From assembly GCA_903868795.1 (NCBI GenBank), contig CAIPWR010000126.1, positions 5,172 to 69,171 on the forward strand: a stretch of 64,000 nt of DNA, read 5' to 3'. Below, piece by piece: positions 10,210-19,889 of the stretch (positions are counted from its first letter, which is position 1; each line of letters starts with the position of its first letter). A program made the translations under genes and the position numbers. The notes below the pieces were generated by a model. It had not been told where the DNA came from, made no database searches, and saw only the letters and a program-made list of their open reading frames with translations. The DNA is from an uncultured Spartobacteria bacterium. Lineage in GTDB: Bacteria; Verrucomicrobiota; Verrucomicrobiia; Chthoniobacterales; UBA6821.

Positions 10210-10218
10210 GTTGACTTT

Positions 10219-10294
10219 GCGCTCGTAGCTCATCGGATAGAGCAGGGGTTTTCTAAACCCTTGGTAGCAGGTTCGATTCCTGCCGGGCGCACCA
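10219..10294 (+). tRNA. tRNA-Arg (anticodon TCT), CCA encoded
   Basis: GCGCTCG-TA-GCTCATCGGATAGAGC-A-GGGGT-TTTCTAA-ACCCT-TGGTAG-CAGGTTCGATTCCTG-CCGGGCGC-ACCA gives a cloverleaf with anticodon loop TT-TCT-AA. Confidence 0.9.
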
Positions 10295-10306
10295 CGTTTC
10301 CACACC

Positions 10307-11314
10307 ATGGACTCCCCAGAAAAATCACCCCGCATCCTCATTATCCGTCGGGACAATATCGGGGACCTGGTCTGCACGACTCCCTTGATCCGCGCACTCA
10401 GAGAGCAGCTTCCGACGGCCTATATCGCCGCCCTGGTGACAAAATACAACTTGGCCGTGATGGCAGGGAACTCTGATATCGATGCCCTCTTCTCTTACAC
10501 GAAAGCGAAGCATCTTGAGAAAGGGGAAAGCCACTTTGGCATCCTCTGGAGCCGTCTAAAGACAATCTGGACTCTGCGCCAGCAACGTTTTGACTGGATC
10601 CTCCTGCCAGGTGGAGCGCAACGCAGCTCGCTACGTTTTGCCAAATGGATCGGAGCCAAGAAGATTCTGGTTCGGGATGATGAGGATGCGGCGGGCGGTG
10701 AGCACCATGTCGAGCAATGCTGCCACCAGCTTGTGCGGATGGGGCTTCAGTTCGGGGCGCCAGAGGCTCGACTGACCCCTGACAAAGCCCGAGTTGGAAA
10801 ACTCAAGACCTCCTTGCCTCGGGAGTGGAGTCGTTACTCCGGACCGGTCATTGCGCTGCACCTTAGCTCACGAAAACTATCCCAGCGCTGGCCTGCGGAA
10901 CGATTTGCCGAGCTGGCCCGCGCGCTACATGAGGAACTCGATGCCAAATTTCTTCTGCTCTGGTCTCCCGGTTCCGCCGATAACCCACTCCATCCCGGCG
11001 ATGATGACAAGGCCCGCGATGTGCTAACTTCCACGGCAGGCCTACCACTCCACCCCATTCCCACAGAACGACTTGAAGACCTGATCGCCGCGCTCTCCCT
11101 CTGCGACTCCATCATCTGTAGCGATGGTGGGGCGATGCACCTTGCTGCCGCTCTCGGCAAACCGATGGTCTGCCTCTTTGGTGATTCCGATCCGGAGCAT
11201 TGGGGCCCGTGGAAGGTGCCGAGCGTGGTGCTGCACCCGCCCAGCCGCGAGGTGACCGATATCTCCATGGAGGAAGTTTCCGCCGCGTTTCTAGAACTCG
11301 TTCGTAAGCCTTAG
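10307..11314 (+). CDS. glycosyltransferase family 9 (LPS heptosyltransferase-like), paralog 1
   Basis: 335 aa. ILIIRRDNIGDLVCTTPLIRAL...CSDGGAMHLAAALGKPMVCLFG are GT9 hallmarks. Confidence 0.8.
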   Translation: MDSPEKSPRILIIRRDNIGDLVCTTPLIRALREQLPTAYIAALVTKYNLAVMAGNSDIDALFSYTKAKHLEKGESHFGILWSRLKTIWTLRQQRFDWILLPGGAQRSSLRFAKWIGAKKILVRDDEDAAGGEHHVEQCCHQLVRMGLQFGAPEARLTPDKARVGKLKTSLPREWSRYSGPVIALHLSSRKLSQRWPAERFAELARALHEELDAKFLLLWSPGSADNPLHPGDDDKARDVLTSTAGLPLHPIPTERLEDLIAALSLCDSIICSDGGAMHLAAALGKPMVCLFGDSDPEHWGPWKVPSVVLHPPSREVTDISMEEVSAAFLELVRKP

Positions 11315-11334
11315 GTACTGCTGAATTTCATCCC

Positions 11335-12108
11335 ATGCTCGAGATCACGATTCTGGCCAGCGGTAGTAGTGGCAATGCTGCACTGGTCAGGACCGAAACG
11401 GCCTCTTTCCTAGTCGATGCGGGTCTGAGCACCAAGGAACTGACGCTGCGGTTGGCTTCATGTGGCGTGGAACCGCGCGACCTCTGCGCCATTCTGGTGA
11501 CTCATGAACATGGTGATCACACCAAGGGTCTCGCCCAGTGGTCGAAGAAACATGCCACTCCGATCTACTGCAACCGTCAGACAGCGGCGGTTCTCCGCGA
11601 TAAAGTCATCGACTTCAACGGATGGAAAATCTTTGAAAGCGGCAGTGATTTCGCCTTGGAAGGAACGACGATCCGCTCCTTCCTAATTCCACACGATGCC
11701 GTGGAGCCGGTCGGATTCGTGATCCGGGAGAGGACCTATTCCTTTGGCTTCCTCACCGACCTCGGTCATGCCACGACGCTCGTTACCGAATCGCTACGCG
11801 GAGTAGATGGTCTGCTGATCGAGGCGAACTACGATGAGCAACTCCTCGAGAACGACACGAAGCGTCCTTGGTCCATCAAGCAACGCATCCAGTCGCGCCA
11901 CGGGCATCTCTCGAACACCGCAGCGGCGAAAACCGTTTCTAGGATCCGCCATGATGGCCTTGCCCACCTTCTCCTGGGTCATCTCAGCCGTGACTGCAAC
12001 AGTGAGGAGTTAGCGTTGGCTGCCATGAGTCAGAGGCTCGGCGAGAGTAGACTCAACCTCTTCTGCGCTCTTCAAGATGAAGTATCAGCTCCCGTCCGAT
12101 TTTGTTGA
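11335..12108 (+). CDS. MBL-fold metallo-hydrolase
   Basis: 257 aa. ILASGSSGNAALV...THEHGDHTKG (HxHxDH motif). Confidence 0.75.
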   Translation: MLEITILASGSSGNAALVRTETASFLVDAGLSTKELTLRLASCGVEPRDLCAILVTHEHGDHTKGLAQWSKKHATPIYCNRQTAAVLRDKVIDFNGWKIFESGSDFALEGTTIRSFLIPHDAVEPVGFVIRERTYSFGFLTDLGHATTLVTESLRGVDGLLIEANYDEQLLENDTKRPWSIKQRIQSRHGHLSNTAAAKTVSRIRHDGLAHLLLGHLSRDCNSEELALAAMSQRLGESRLNLFCALQDEVSAPVRFC

Positions 12109-12543
12109 TTAAGAGTGCGCTTGCTCTCTCACGATCAAGTAGATCCAGTTGAGCACGATCAGCATGACAACTCCAATTCGGATGCCGAGTGCGTTTGATT
12201 GGGAAAGGTTTTTCCAGCGCAGGCGAGGCAGCTCCGCGGCTACAACTATCACGCAATAAAGGAGATAGATGGTTATTCCTAAAAAGAGGGCAATCCCAAG
12301 CGGGTTAAACAGAAAAGCTGCCTCCACATTCCCATGAAGCAGGCAGCGGAGTCCCCGAGTCATACCGCAGGTAGGGCAGGGTAGACCACTCAGCGTATGG
12401 AGCGGACAAAGCGGGGTTGGTAAACCTGCAGAGAGCCAGCCGATCGCAAGAACGCCGCCAAGTGCGATCACTAGTCCCCAAGTCAGCTCAGGATCGTGCT
12501 CACCTGGAAAAAGAGGTCTCCAGTAGAATCGAGGGAGCCTCAA
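12109..12543 (-). CDS. DUF2752 domain membrane protein
   Basis: 144 aa. CPLHTLSGLPCPTCGMTRGLRCLLHG motif plus TM helices. Confidence 0.6.
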   Translation of the reverse strand: MRLPRFYWRPLFPGEHDPELTWGLVIALGGVLAIGWLSAGLPTPLCPLHTLSGLPCPTCGMTRGLRCLLHGNVEAAFLFNPLGIALFLGITIYLLYCVIVVAAELPRLRWKNLSQSNALGIRIGVVMLIVLNWIYLIVREQAHS

Positions 12544-12554
12544 GGAATAATGAC

Positions 12555-13472
12555 TTATGGAAGCTTAGGCAGGCTCGGCAGACCGCCCCCCATCTGATGG
12601 CTTAACTCGGCGATGCCTAATCCCGCTGCCGTTCCCAACAAGAGAAGGAGGCCACAGCAAAGCAATCCCGGAAGGGTGATGGCGAGCGTGGCCCTCCAAC
12701 CTTCGGTGTGTTGTGCCTCTTTCAGACCAATGATGATCGCGTAGGCGCCCCAGATGACCCCAACGAGGCTACCGCAGAGCGGGATGATATTCAGGACAGC
12801 CGCGCTGGCTTGTGCATAGCAGATGACTCGGAATGTGGTTTCAAATGGCCTGTTGGCACCGCCGAGAAGTTTCAAGCAGAGATGTGTAATGCCTGAGGAG
12901 ATGAAGGCGCTCACGACATAGAGAGCAGGGGAGAGGAGGACTGAGCCTATCAGCGCCACGGAGAAAGATGATCCTGTGGGCAGGGATGTGGCATGAGGGA
13001 TCTTGGGGGCAAACAGCGCAGGATTCATTGTTGTCATCGCAATCTGGTAGAAAGCGGAGACGGCAAACATGGCGCTGCTGACCAACACGAAATAGAGGAG
13101 GGGATTGGCCAACCCTCCCGTCTGCTTCATGGTGGCGAAGGTCTGTGTCGGGCGTAAAAGAACATCGCCGATCGTCTGCGAGAGTGCGGCGAAAATACCG
13201 ATCCTCTCACGCTCTTCCCAAGCAGGGCCCTCCCCGTCGACGGGCAGAGTAGCTGTGAGGGGCTCATCCATGCTTGCAGGAGTAAGCGATGGCGGGGGAA
13301 GCTCCATTCCCCATTGTGGGGCCATCTCTCCGAGAGGTTTCCACTCGGCCATGCCATCGCGCCAGGCAAGATCGCCCGCCGCGAAGCGTCCTGAATGAAT
13401 CCCCTCCCGAACCGCTGCTTCGCTGAACGAGCCTAGGGACTGGTGGTTGCGCGCAATATGGATGTTGGACAT
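12555..13472 (-). CDS. GYF_2 (DUF4339) plus Yip1-type membrane domain protein
   Basis: 305 aa. N-terminal GSFSEAAVREGIHSGRFAAGDLAWRDGMAEWKPLGEM. Multi-TM Yip1-like C-terminal half. Confidence 0.6.
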   Translation of the reverse strand: MSNIHIARNHQSLGSFSEAAVREGIHSGRFAAGDLAWRDGMAEWKPLGEMAPQWGMELPPPSLTPASMDEPLTATLPVDGEGPAWEERERIGIFAALSQTIGDVLLRPTQTFATMKQTGGLANPLLYFVLVSSAMFAVSAFYQIAMTTMNPALFAPKIPHATSLPTGSSFSVALIGSVLLSPALYVVSAFISSGITHLCLKLLGGANRPFETTFRVICYAQASAAVLNIIPLCGSLVGVIWGAYAIIIGLKEAQHTEGWRATLAITLPGLLCCGLLLLLGTAAGLGIAELSHQMGGGLPSLPKLP

Positions 13473-13569
13473 GGCAGAAGGCTAGAGGATGAAAGTTGAA
13501 GTATGAAGTATGAAAAGACTCCCGAAAACCCTTCATAATTCATCACTCATCCTTCATATTTTCCCACCA

Positions 13570-14436
13570 ATGCCTTCTCCTCATACACTTCTGATGACGC
13601 TGGATTGCCCTGATCAGGTGGGGTTGCTGGCCAAGATCACAGGCTTTGTTGCCGAGCAGCGCGGCAACTTCGTCGAGGTGAACCAGTACACCGACACGAT
13701 CAACAACTGGTTCCTGGCCCGCTTTGCCTTTGAGGTGCCGGAGGGCGTCACGCTTGAAACGGTGCGCACTGCATTTGCTCCGATTGCCGTGAGCATCAAT
13801 GCCAGTTGGTCGATCAGGGACAGCTCCAAGCCTTTAAGAACGGTGCTGCTCGTAAGCAAAGAGGATCACTGTCTGGCAGATCTGATCTGGCGCTGGCGTT
13901 CCAAGGAAATGAATATCGAGGTGCCGCTTGTGATCTCGAATCACGATTCCCTGCGTGCCTCGGTGGAGAAGGAGGGCCTTCCTTTCCTGCATCTTCCGAT
14001 TCCCGCTGATGAGGCGGGGAAAGAAGCGGCGTTCCGTCGGGTGAGCGATGCCATCTGCGACGTTTCGGGAGAACTCACGGTCCTCTGCCGGTACATGCAG
14101 ATCCTTCCCGGGTGGTTCTGTGAGGAGCACCACAACCGCGTCATCAACATCCACCACTCCTTGCTCCCGGCCTTTGCCGGGGCCGATCCTTACCGTCGTG
14201 CCTACGATCGGGGCGTGAAGCTGATCGGGGCGACCTGTCACTATGCCACGCCGGAACTGGATGCGGGCCCGATCATCCATCAGGAGATGATTCCAATTGA
14301 ACACTTCCATACGCCCGCCGAGATGCGCCGACTTGGACGCGACTGCGAGCGCCTTGCCTTGGCCCGTGGTGTTCGCCTCCATGTCGATGATCGCGTCGTC
14401 GTCCATGGCTCACGCGCCATCGTCTTCGGTGATTGA
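13570..14436 (+). CDS. purU: formyltetrahydrofolate deformylase
   Basis: ORF 13510..14436 trimmed to Met21. ACT-like N-terminus LLMTLDCPDQVGLLAKITGFV and formyltransferase core VINIHHSLLPAFAGADPY. Confidence 0.85.
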   Translation: MPSPHTLLMTLDCPDQVGLLAKITGFVAEQRGNFVEVNQYTDTINNWFLARFAFEVPEGVTLETVRTAFAPIAVSINASWSIRDSSKPLRTVLLVSKEDHCLADLIWRWRSKEMNIEVPLVISNHDSLRASVEKEGLPFLHLPIPADEAGKEAAFRRVSDAICDVSGELTVLCRYMQILPGWFCEEHHNRVINIHHSLLPAFAGADPYRRAYDRGVKLIGATCHYATPELDAGPIIHQEMIPIEHFHTPAEMRRLGRDCERLALARGVRLHVDDRVVVHGSRAIVFGD

Positions 14437-14440
14437 TCTC

Positions 14441-15121
14441 ATGACCACTTCCTCCTCCGTTCATCTGTGCGCCCGAGGGCTTTGCCAAACTTACGATTTG
14501 GGAGAGACGAAGCTTCAGGTGCTTAAGGGCGTCAACCTTGATGTGAATATGGGTGAGGTGGTCTTTCTCCGCGGCGCATCCGGAGCGGGCAAATCAACCC
14601 TCCTCTACATCCTTGCTGGTCTGGAGCATCCGAGGGAGGGAAGTGTCGAGTTCGAGGGCGAGCAACTCTTTGCTCTCAAGGGGGATCGTGAAGCCCTCCT
14701 GCGCAACCGCCGCATGGGATTTGTTTTTCAATCCTATTTTCTTTTGCCGGAACTGACGGCCCTGGAAAATGTCCTGCTTCCCTCCATGCTGGGAGGCAGG
14801 AAAAACCACGCCCATGCCCGCAGCCTGCTCGACCGGGTAGGACTTTCAGGACGCCTCGACCATCTTCCCTCGCAACTCAGCGGTGGAGAGCAGCAGCGTG
14901 TGGCGATTGCCCGCGCCCTGGTGAATGATCCCAGCATTCTTTTTGCCGACGAACCCACGGGGAATCTCGACTCGGTGACGGGAGCAGGAATCATCGAACT
15001 GCTTCTGAGCCTTGCCCGACAGGATGGACGAACATTCGTAGCCGTTACGCACGACCCTGCCCTTGCCGCCCTCGGTGACCGTCAGCTTTACCTGCGGGAT
15101 GGTCACTTGGAACCCGCCTGA
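14441..15121 (+). CDS. ABC transporter ATP-binding protein (LolD/MacB-ATPase-like)
   Basis: ORF 14297..15121 trimmed to Met49. Walker A GASGAGKST, signature LSGGEQQRVAIARAL, Walker B ILFADEPTGNLD. Confidence 0.85.
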   Translation: MTTSSSVHLCARGLCQTYDLGETKLQVLKGVNLDVNMGEVVFLRGASGAGKSTLLYILAGLEHPREGSVEFEGEQLFALKGDREALLRNRRMGFVFQSYFLLPELTALENVLLPSMLGGRKNHAHARSLLDRVGLSGRLDHLPSQLSGGEQQRVAIARALVNDPSILFADEPTGNLDSVTGAGIIELLLSLARQDGRTFVAVTHDPALAALGDRQLYLRDGHLEPA

Positions 15122-15125
15122 TCTC

Positions 15126-15578
15126 ATGACCGATTCCCCATCCCCCGTTCCAGAATCGACAATCGTTACCCCCGTTCAGGTGATGTTCTTTGATACCGAT
15201 GCGGGTGGCGTCGTCCACAACATCGCCTACCTCCGTTTCATCGAGACGGCCCGCACGCTGCTCGCTGTCAATCTCGGAATGGATTGGGCGCGGATGGCCC
15301 AGACCTCGGTCTATCCCGTCGTAGTGCGCACCGAAATCGACTACAAAAGGCCTGCAATCCTCGGAGACGAGCTCGAAGTTCACGGACGCTTGGGTGAGGC
15401 CACCCCGGCACGCTTCTGGTGCCACTTTCAGATCAGGCGCCCGCGAGACGGCGCGCTGCTGATCACCTGCCAGCAAGCGCTGGCCTTCGTGAAGATGCCC
15501 GAAGGGAAGCCTCTCCGCCTCCCCAAAGGTTGGCCTGAGCCCTTTGCCCCGGAGTTGCTCTCTCCATCAGGGGAGTAG
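15126..15578 (+). CDS. acyl-CoA thioesterase, 4HBT/YbgC family
   Basis: ORF 15063..15578 trimmed to Met22. VQVMFFDTDAGGVVHNIAYLRFIE is the hotdog-fold thioesterase motif. Confidence 0.7.
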   Translation: MTDSPSPVPESTIVTPVQVMFFDTDAGGVVHNIAYLRFIETARTLLAVNLGMDWARMAQTSVYPVVVRTEIDYKRPAILGDELEVHGRLGEATPARFWCHFQIRRPRDGALLITCQQALAFVKMPEGKPLRLPKGWPEPFAPELLSPSGE

Positions 15579-15644
15579 TCTCTCGACGGAATCACTTGGT
15601 CGATTTTAGACTTCATTTTTAACCTTCACCTTCAACTTTTTTCC

Positions 15645-16571
15645 ATGGAACAAGTCGTCATCATCGGATCCGGTTGCGCCGGATGGACCGCCGCGATCTA
15701 TACTGCGCGCGCCAATCTGAACCCTCTCCTCATCACGGGCCAGCAACCAGGGGGGTTGCTGACGACGACCTCCAGCGTTGAGAACTTCCCCGGCTTCCGC
15801 AACGGCATCGAGGGAACCGCACTGATGTTGGAGATGCAGGAGCAGGCCACACGCTTTGGCACCCGCATCCAGTACCTGAGCCGCGTGGAGTCGGTCGACT
15901 TCTCCTCAGCGCCCCTCAAGATCACCGTCGACGGTAAGGTGATCGAGTCCCGCAGCGTCATCGTAGCCGTCGGTGCCGGACACCGCCACCTTGGCGTCCC
16001 CGGAGAGCATAAGCTCGAGAACAAGGGTGTTACCTACTGCGCCACCTGCGACGGCGCGCTTCCCGTTTTCCGCAACCAGCCTCTCGTGGTTGTCGGAGGA
16101 GGAGACTCCGCCTGTGAGGAAGCCAGCTACCTCACCCGCTTCGCATCCCAAGTTTATCTCATCCATCGACGCGATTCGCTCCGTGCCTCCAGGATCATGG
16201 CTGAGCGGACACTCGCCAACCCCAAGATCACCCCGGTATGGAATTCTGTGGTCGATGAGGTTCTCGATGTCACCGAAAACCGCGTCACAGGCGTGCGCCT
16301 TAAGAACATCGTGACCGGTGAAAATAGCACTCTCGGTTGCGCCGGCGTCTTCGTGGCGATCGGTCACACTCCGAATACGCAGATCTTCCAGGGGCAGCTC
16401 ACCATGGATGAGGCGGGATACCTCACCCTTGCCGAAGGAAGCCGCACCAATATTCCCGGGGTCTTTGCTGCAGGAGACTGCGCCGATTCCGTCTACCGCC
16501 AGGCCATCACGGCTGCGGGCATGGGCTGCGCTGCCGCGATCGACGCGGAGCGCTGGCTTGCCGGAATCTAA
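15645..16571 (+). CDS. trxB: thioredoxin-disulfide reductase
   Basis: 308 aa. GSGCAGWTAAIY FAD site, redox CATCDG, GGGDSACEEA NADPH site. Confidence 0.9.
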   Translation: MEQVVIIGSGCAGWTAAIYTARANLNPLLITGQQPGGLLTTTSSVENFPGFRNGIEGTALMLEMQEQATRFGTRIQYLSRVESVDFSSAPLKITVDGKVIESRSVIVAVGAGHRHLGVPGEHKLENKGVTYCATCDGALPVFRNQPLVVVGGGDSACEEASYLTRFASQVYLIHRRDSLRASRIMAERTLANPKITPVWNSVVDEVLDVTENRVTGVRLKNIVTGENSTLGCAGVFVAIGHTPNTQIFQGQLTMDEAGYLTLAEGSRTNIPGVFAAGDCADSVYRQAITAAGMGCAAAIDAERWLAGI

Positions 16572-16612
16572 AGAAGCGTATTGCGGGTCGTTTTAAACGG
16601 CCTCCCGCCTCC

Positions 16613-17779
16613 ATGGTCATTTGCGATCTCACCCAATTCTACTCTCCGTTCTCGGGGGGGGTGAGGCGTTATGTCGCGGAGAAAGCGAGTCACTTGGAAG
16701 CAGCAGGAGATCGCCACGTGCTCATCATTCCGGGCGAAAAGACCGAGCATCGCGTCGAGGGACTCCAGACTATCTATACCATCGAGTCGCCGCTGATTTC
16801 GCGGACGGCCCGCTATCGTGCCCTGATCAATCTCAACCTGGTCGAGGAGGCCTTGGAGCGCGAACAGCCGGACCTCATCGAATCGGGGGATCCGTATCAG
16901 ATTGCCTGGAAGGCCCTCGCTTCGGGGCGTGCTCTCGGTATTCCCACGGTCGGCTTCTACCACTCTCATTTTCCGGATGCGGTGCTCCGCTCGGTGGCCA
17001 AGTATTTCGGCTCCATCTCCGTGATGATGGCCGAGGAAATTGGAAAGAAGTACGCCGTCACGCTCTACAACCGCTTCGAGCGGACGCTCGTCCCGAGCGC
17101 CGGCCTCTCCGATCTCCTCCGCGCATGGGGGATGGAGAACATCGAAACACTCGAGCTTGGCGTCGACACAGACATTTTCTTCCCCGACAAAGAGCGTGGT
17201 CGTGCGGCCCGCCGGGCGCTCGGCTGGCCCGCTGATAAACAAGTGCTGCTCTATGTCGGCAGGCTCAATGCCGACAAGAATGTCCGAACGCTTTTCGAGG
17301 CTTTCGAGCTGCTTCACCAGACCAATCCCGGGCGTTTCCATCTGGCCGTGGTGGGAGATGGCATGCTTCGCGGAGTGCTTCATCGTCTGGAAGAAGAGAC
17401 AGGAGCTGTGAGCTGGATTCGGTACTGCAATGGGGCGCAGGAGTTGGCTGATATCTACCGTGCCGCCGATCTCTTCGTTCATCCCGGGGTTAAGGAGACC
17501 TTCGGCCTGGTGACTCTCGAGAGCCAGGCCTGCGGCACCCCCGTCGTCGGTATCCGTGGAAGCTACATGGATGCTATCAACTTCAGCGGCCTGCACAACT
17601 GGTCGGTCGAGAACAACCCGGAGGCGTTGGCGGAGGCGATCCGAACGGTCGCAGATCAGGATCTTGCCACCTCGGGCCTTAGCGCCTCGGCCTTCGTGGG
17701 AAGCCGCTATGGTTGGAAGGAGGTCTTCGGGCGTCTCTTTGCGATTTACCGGGAGGTGATCGCCTCGTACAACCCATAG
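16613..17779 (+). CDS. glycosyltransferase family 4 (GT-B)
   Basis: 388 aa. LLYVGRLNADKN...ETFGLVTLESQACGTPVVG is the typical GT1/GT4 EX7E region. The opposite-strand 432-aa ORF is a shadow. Confidence 0.8.
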   Translation: MVICDLTQFYSPFSGGVRRYVAEKASHLEAAGDRHVLIIPGEKTEHRVEGLQTIYTIESPLISRTARYRALINLNLVEEALEREQPDLIESGDPYQIAWKALASGRALGIPTVGFYHSHFPDAVLRSVAKYFGSISVMMAEEIGKKYAVTLYNRFERTLVPSAGLSDLLRAWGMENIETLELGVDTDIFFPDKERGRAARRALGWPADKQVLLYVGRLNADKNVRTLFEAFELLHQTNPGRFHLAVVGDGMLRGVLHRLEEETGAVSWIRYCNGAQELADIYRAADLFVHPGVKETFGLVTLESQACGTPVVGIRGSYMDAINFSGLHNWSVENNPEALAEAIRTVADQDLATSGLSASAFVGSRYGWKEVFGRLFAIYREVIASYNP

Positions 17780-17780
17780 G

Positions 17781-18464
17781 GTGTCTTCCGTATCCAAAGC
17801 AGCCCAGCCGGTTTCATCTTTTAAAAACGGCGTCGTGATTCGCCGCTTTGAGTCCCGTGACCGCAAGGCCGTGCGTCATCTCTGCTGTGAGACCGGCTTT
17901 CTGGGTAAGGCGATTGATCCTGTCTTCGAGGATCGGGAAATTTTTGCCGACTACCTGACCCGGTATTACACGGACATCGAGCCGGAGTCTTCGTTCGTGC
18001 TTGAGCAAGAAGGTGTTGTGAAGGGGTATCTTCTAGGCTCCTACCGGCCCTTCCGACAGCAGCTCTTCAACTTCTTCAACAACATCCATCTTTTCACCCG
18101 CGGGATGGCAATGTACCCCTTTTACAACAAGGCCACGCGCGACTTCATCGGTTGGATCCTTCGTACCTCGTGGAAGGAGGTTCCTCAGGCTCCTCGTCGG
18201 AGTGCCCATTTCCATTTCAATATTCTGCCCGAAGCGCAGGGTCTTGCCCACAGCACCAAGCTGATGAACAGCTATCTAGATCACCTCCGCAGCAAGGGTG
18301 TGCGCCAAGTCTACGGCCAAGTGGTGACTTTTGAAGCGCGGCGCGGAGCCAGGGTTTTTGAGCGCTATGGCTTCCAAGTGCTTAACCGCAGCGAAATTAC
18401 GAAATACCGCAAGACCCATCCTGAGCCCGTTTACCTCACCACGGTGCTAAAGGAGCTGCGCTAG
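17781..18464 (+). CDS. GNAT-family N-acetyltransferase (tentative)
   Basis: 227 aa. IRRFESRDRKAVRHLCCETGF...RSKGVRQVYGQV...FERYGF fits the GNAT pattern loosely. Confidence 0.5.
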   Translation: MSSVSKAAQPVSSFKNGVVIRRFESRDRKAVRHLCCETGFLGKAIDPVFEDREIFADYLTRYYTDIEPESSFVLEQEGVVKGYLLGSYRPFRQQLFNFFNNIHLFTRGMAMYPFYNKATRDFIGWILRTSWKEVPQAPRRSAHFHFNILPEAQGLAHSTKLMNSYLDHLRSKGVRQVYGQVVTFEARRGARVFERYGFQVLNRSEITKYRKTHPEPVYLTTVLKELR

Positions 18465-18599
18465 GCTCTAGCTTTTCAGGAGGTAGGTCGGCCCGCTCTT
18501 TCGGAAAGACTCTTGAGTTTTCCGCGCTTGGGTCGAGTGTTCAAGACAGCTATGACCTAAAAGCCTACAGCCTAAACCGCTAACAACCTTTCTTCCCCC

Positions 18600-19697
18600 A
18601 TGACTGACACGGAAGCAGCCATCATCCTGAACATGCTTCCCCAAGTGGGACCCGTACGGGTGCGACGGCTGATGGAGCGCTTCGGATCTCTTTCTGCCAT
18701 TCTCAGCGCCTCCGGCTCCGATCTTCGAACCGTGGAAGGGATCGGCCCTGAAGTTTCCTCAGTCATTACCTCTTGGAAAGAGCATGCCGACCTGGATGCC
18801 GAATTGGCTTTGGTCGAGAAAGCCAGGGCTCGTGTCCTCACTCCGTCTGACTCCGAGTATCCCGAACTCCTGAAAGAGATCCATGACCCACCGATCGTGC
18901 TCTATGTCTTGGGTAATCTGGAGGAGAAGGACCAGCGGAACGGTATCGGCATCGTCGGCACGCGGAAGGCAAGCCACTACGCCTTGGAGTCCGCGAAGAA
19001 GCTTGGCTACCAGCTCGCCTACTCGGGGCTGACGATCTATAGCGGCTTGGCACGAGGCATCGACACGGCCGCCCATCAGGCGGCTCTTGCTGCCAATGGC
19101 CGCACCGTCGCCGTTCTGGGTAGCGGACTCGCCCACCTCTATCCCGAAGAGAATATTCTCTTGGCTGAGAAAATTGTCGCGGGCCACGGCGCGGTGATCA
19201 GCGAGTTCCCCATGGGAACCACTCCGACTAAACAGACCTTCCCGAAGCGGAACCGGATCATCAGCGGCTGCTCCTTCGGCCTGCTCGTGGTGGAGGCGGG
19301 ATTGAACAGCGGCGCGCTGATCAGCGCGAGGGAGGCTGGGGATCAGGGACGCTCCCTCTATGTGGTGCCCGGCCGGATCGATCATCCTGGCACGCTCGGA
19401 TCGAATCGCCTGATCCAGCAGGGGGCGAAGCTCGTGATCGATGCAGGTGATATTCTGGCTGATCTTCCCATGATCTTTGCAACGCCACCCGAGCTCTCCC
19501 GCAGCCGACCCAAGGTGGAACTGACCGGTGAGGAGCTCCTTGTTTACGAGGCTATCGGGGAGGATCCGACCCCAGTGGATACGATCATTGCGAAATCCGG
19601 TTTGCCAGCGGCGACGGTCTCTTCTAGGTTGCTCGCCCTTGAGCTAGGTCGCCATGTTCGCTCGCAACCCGGCAACCGGTTCCTCAAACTGATCTGA
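18600..19697 (+). CDS. dprA: DNA-processing protein DprA/Smf
   Basis: 365 aa. IGIVGTRKASHYA...SGLARGIDTAAHQAAL...RNRIISG are DprA Rossmann-domain blocks. Confidence 0.85.
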   Translation: MTDTEAAIILNMLPQVGPVRVRRLMERFGSLSAILSASGSDLRTVEGIGPEVSSVITSWKEHADLDAELALVEKARARVLTPSDSEYPELLKEIHDPPIVLYVLGNLEEKDQRNGIGIVGTRKASHYALESAKKLGYQLAYSGLTIYSGLARGIDTAAHQAALAANGRTVAVLGSGLAHLYPEENILLAEKIVAGHGAVISEFPMGTTPTKQTFPKRNRIISGCSFGLLVVEAGLNSGALISAREAGDQGRSLYVVPGRIDHPGTLGSNRLIQQGAKLVIDAGDILADLPMIFATPPELSRSRPKVELTGEELLVYEAIGEDPTPVDTIIAKSGLPAATVSSRLLALELGRHVRSQPGNRFLKLI

Positions 19698-19889
19698 TAA
19701 ATTAGGACTGCGCGTTACAGAGGTTGAACTGTTAAAATGTTACAAAGAACCGAACCGTCGTTCTCTTGCTGATTTCTTAGATCTGCATTTTCTTTTCCCG
19801 ATTCGATTTTTCCTGCTTTGCTCCCAACTCCCCAGACTTCCCCTTTTAACGTTTTACCGATTGCTTTTGTTTAACTTCTGAACCCAACC

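Noticed and set aside
16568-17866. 432-aa minus-strand ORF
   Set aside because: It is antisense to the GT4 glycosyltransferase, which has clear family motifs. I recognise no motifs in the antisense product.
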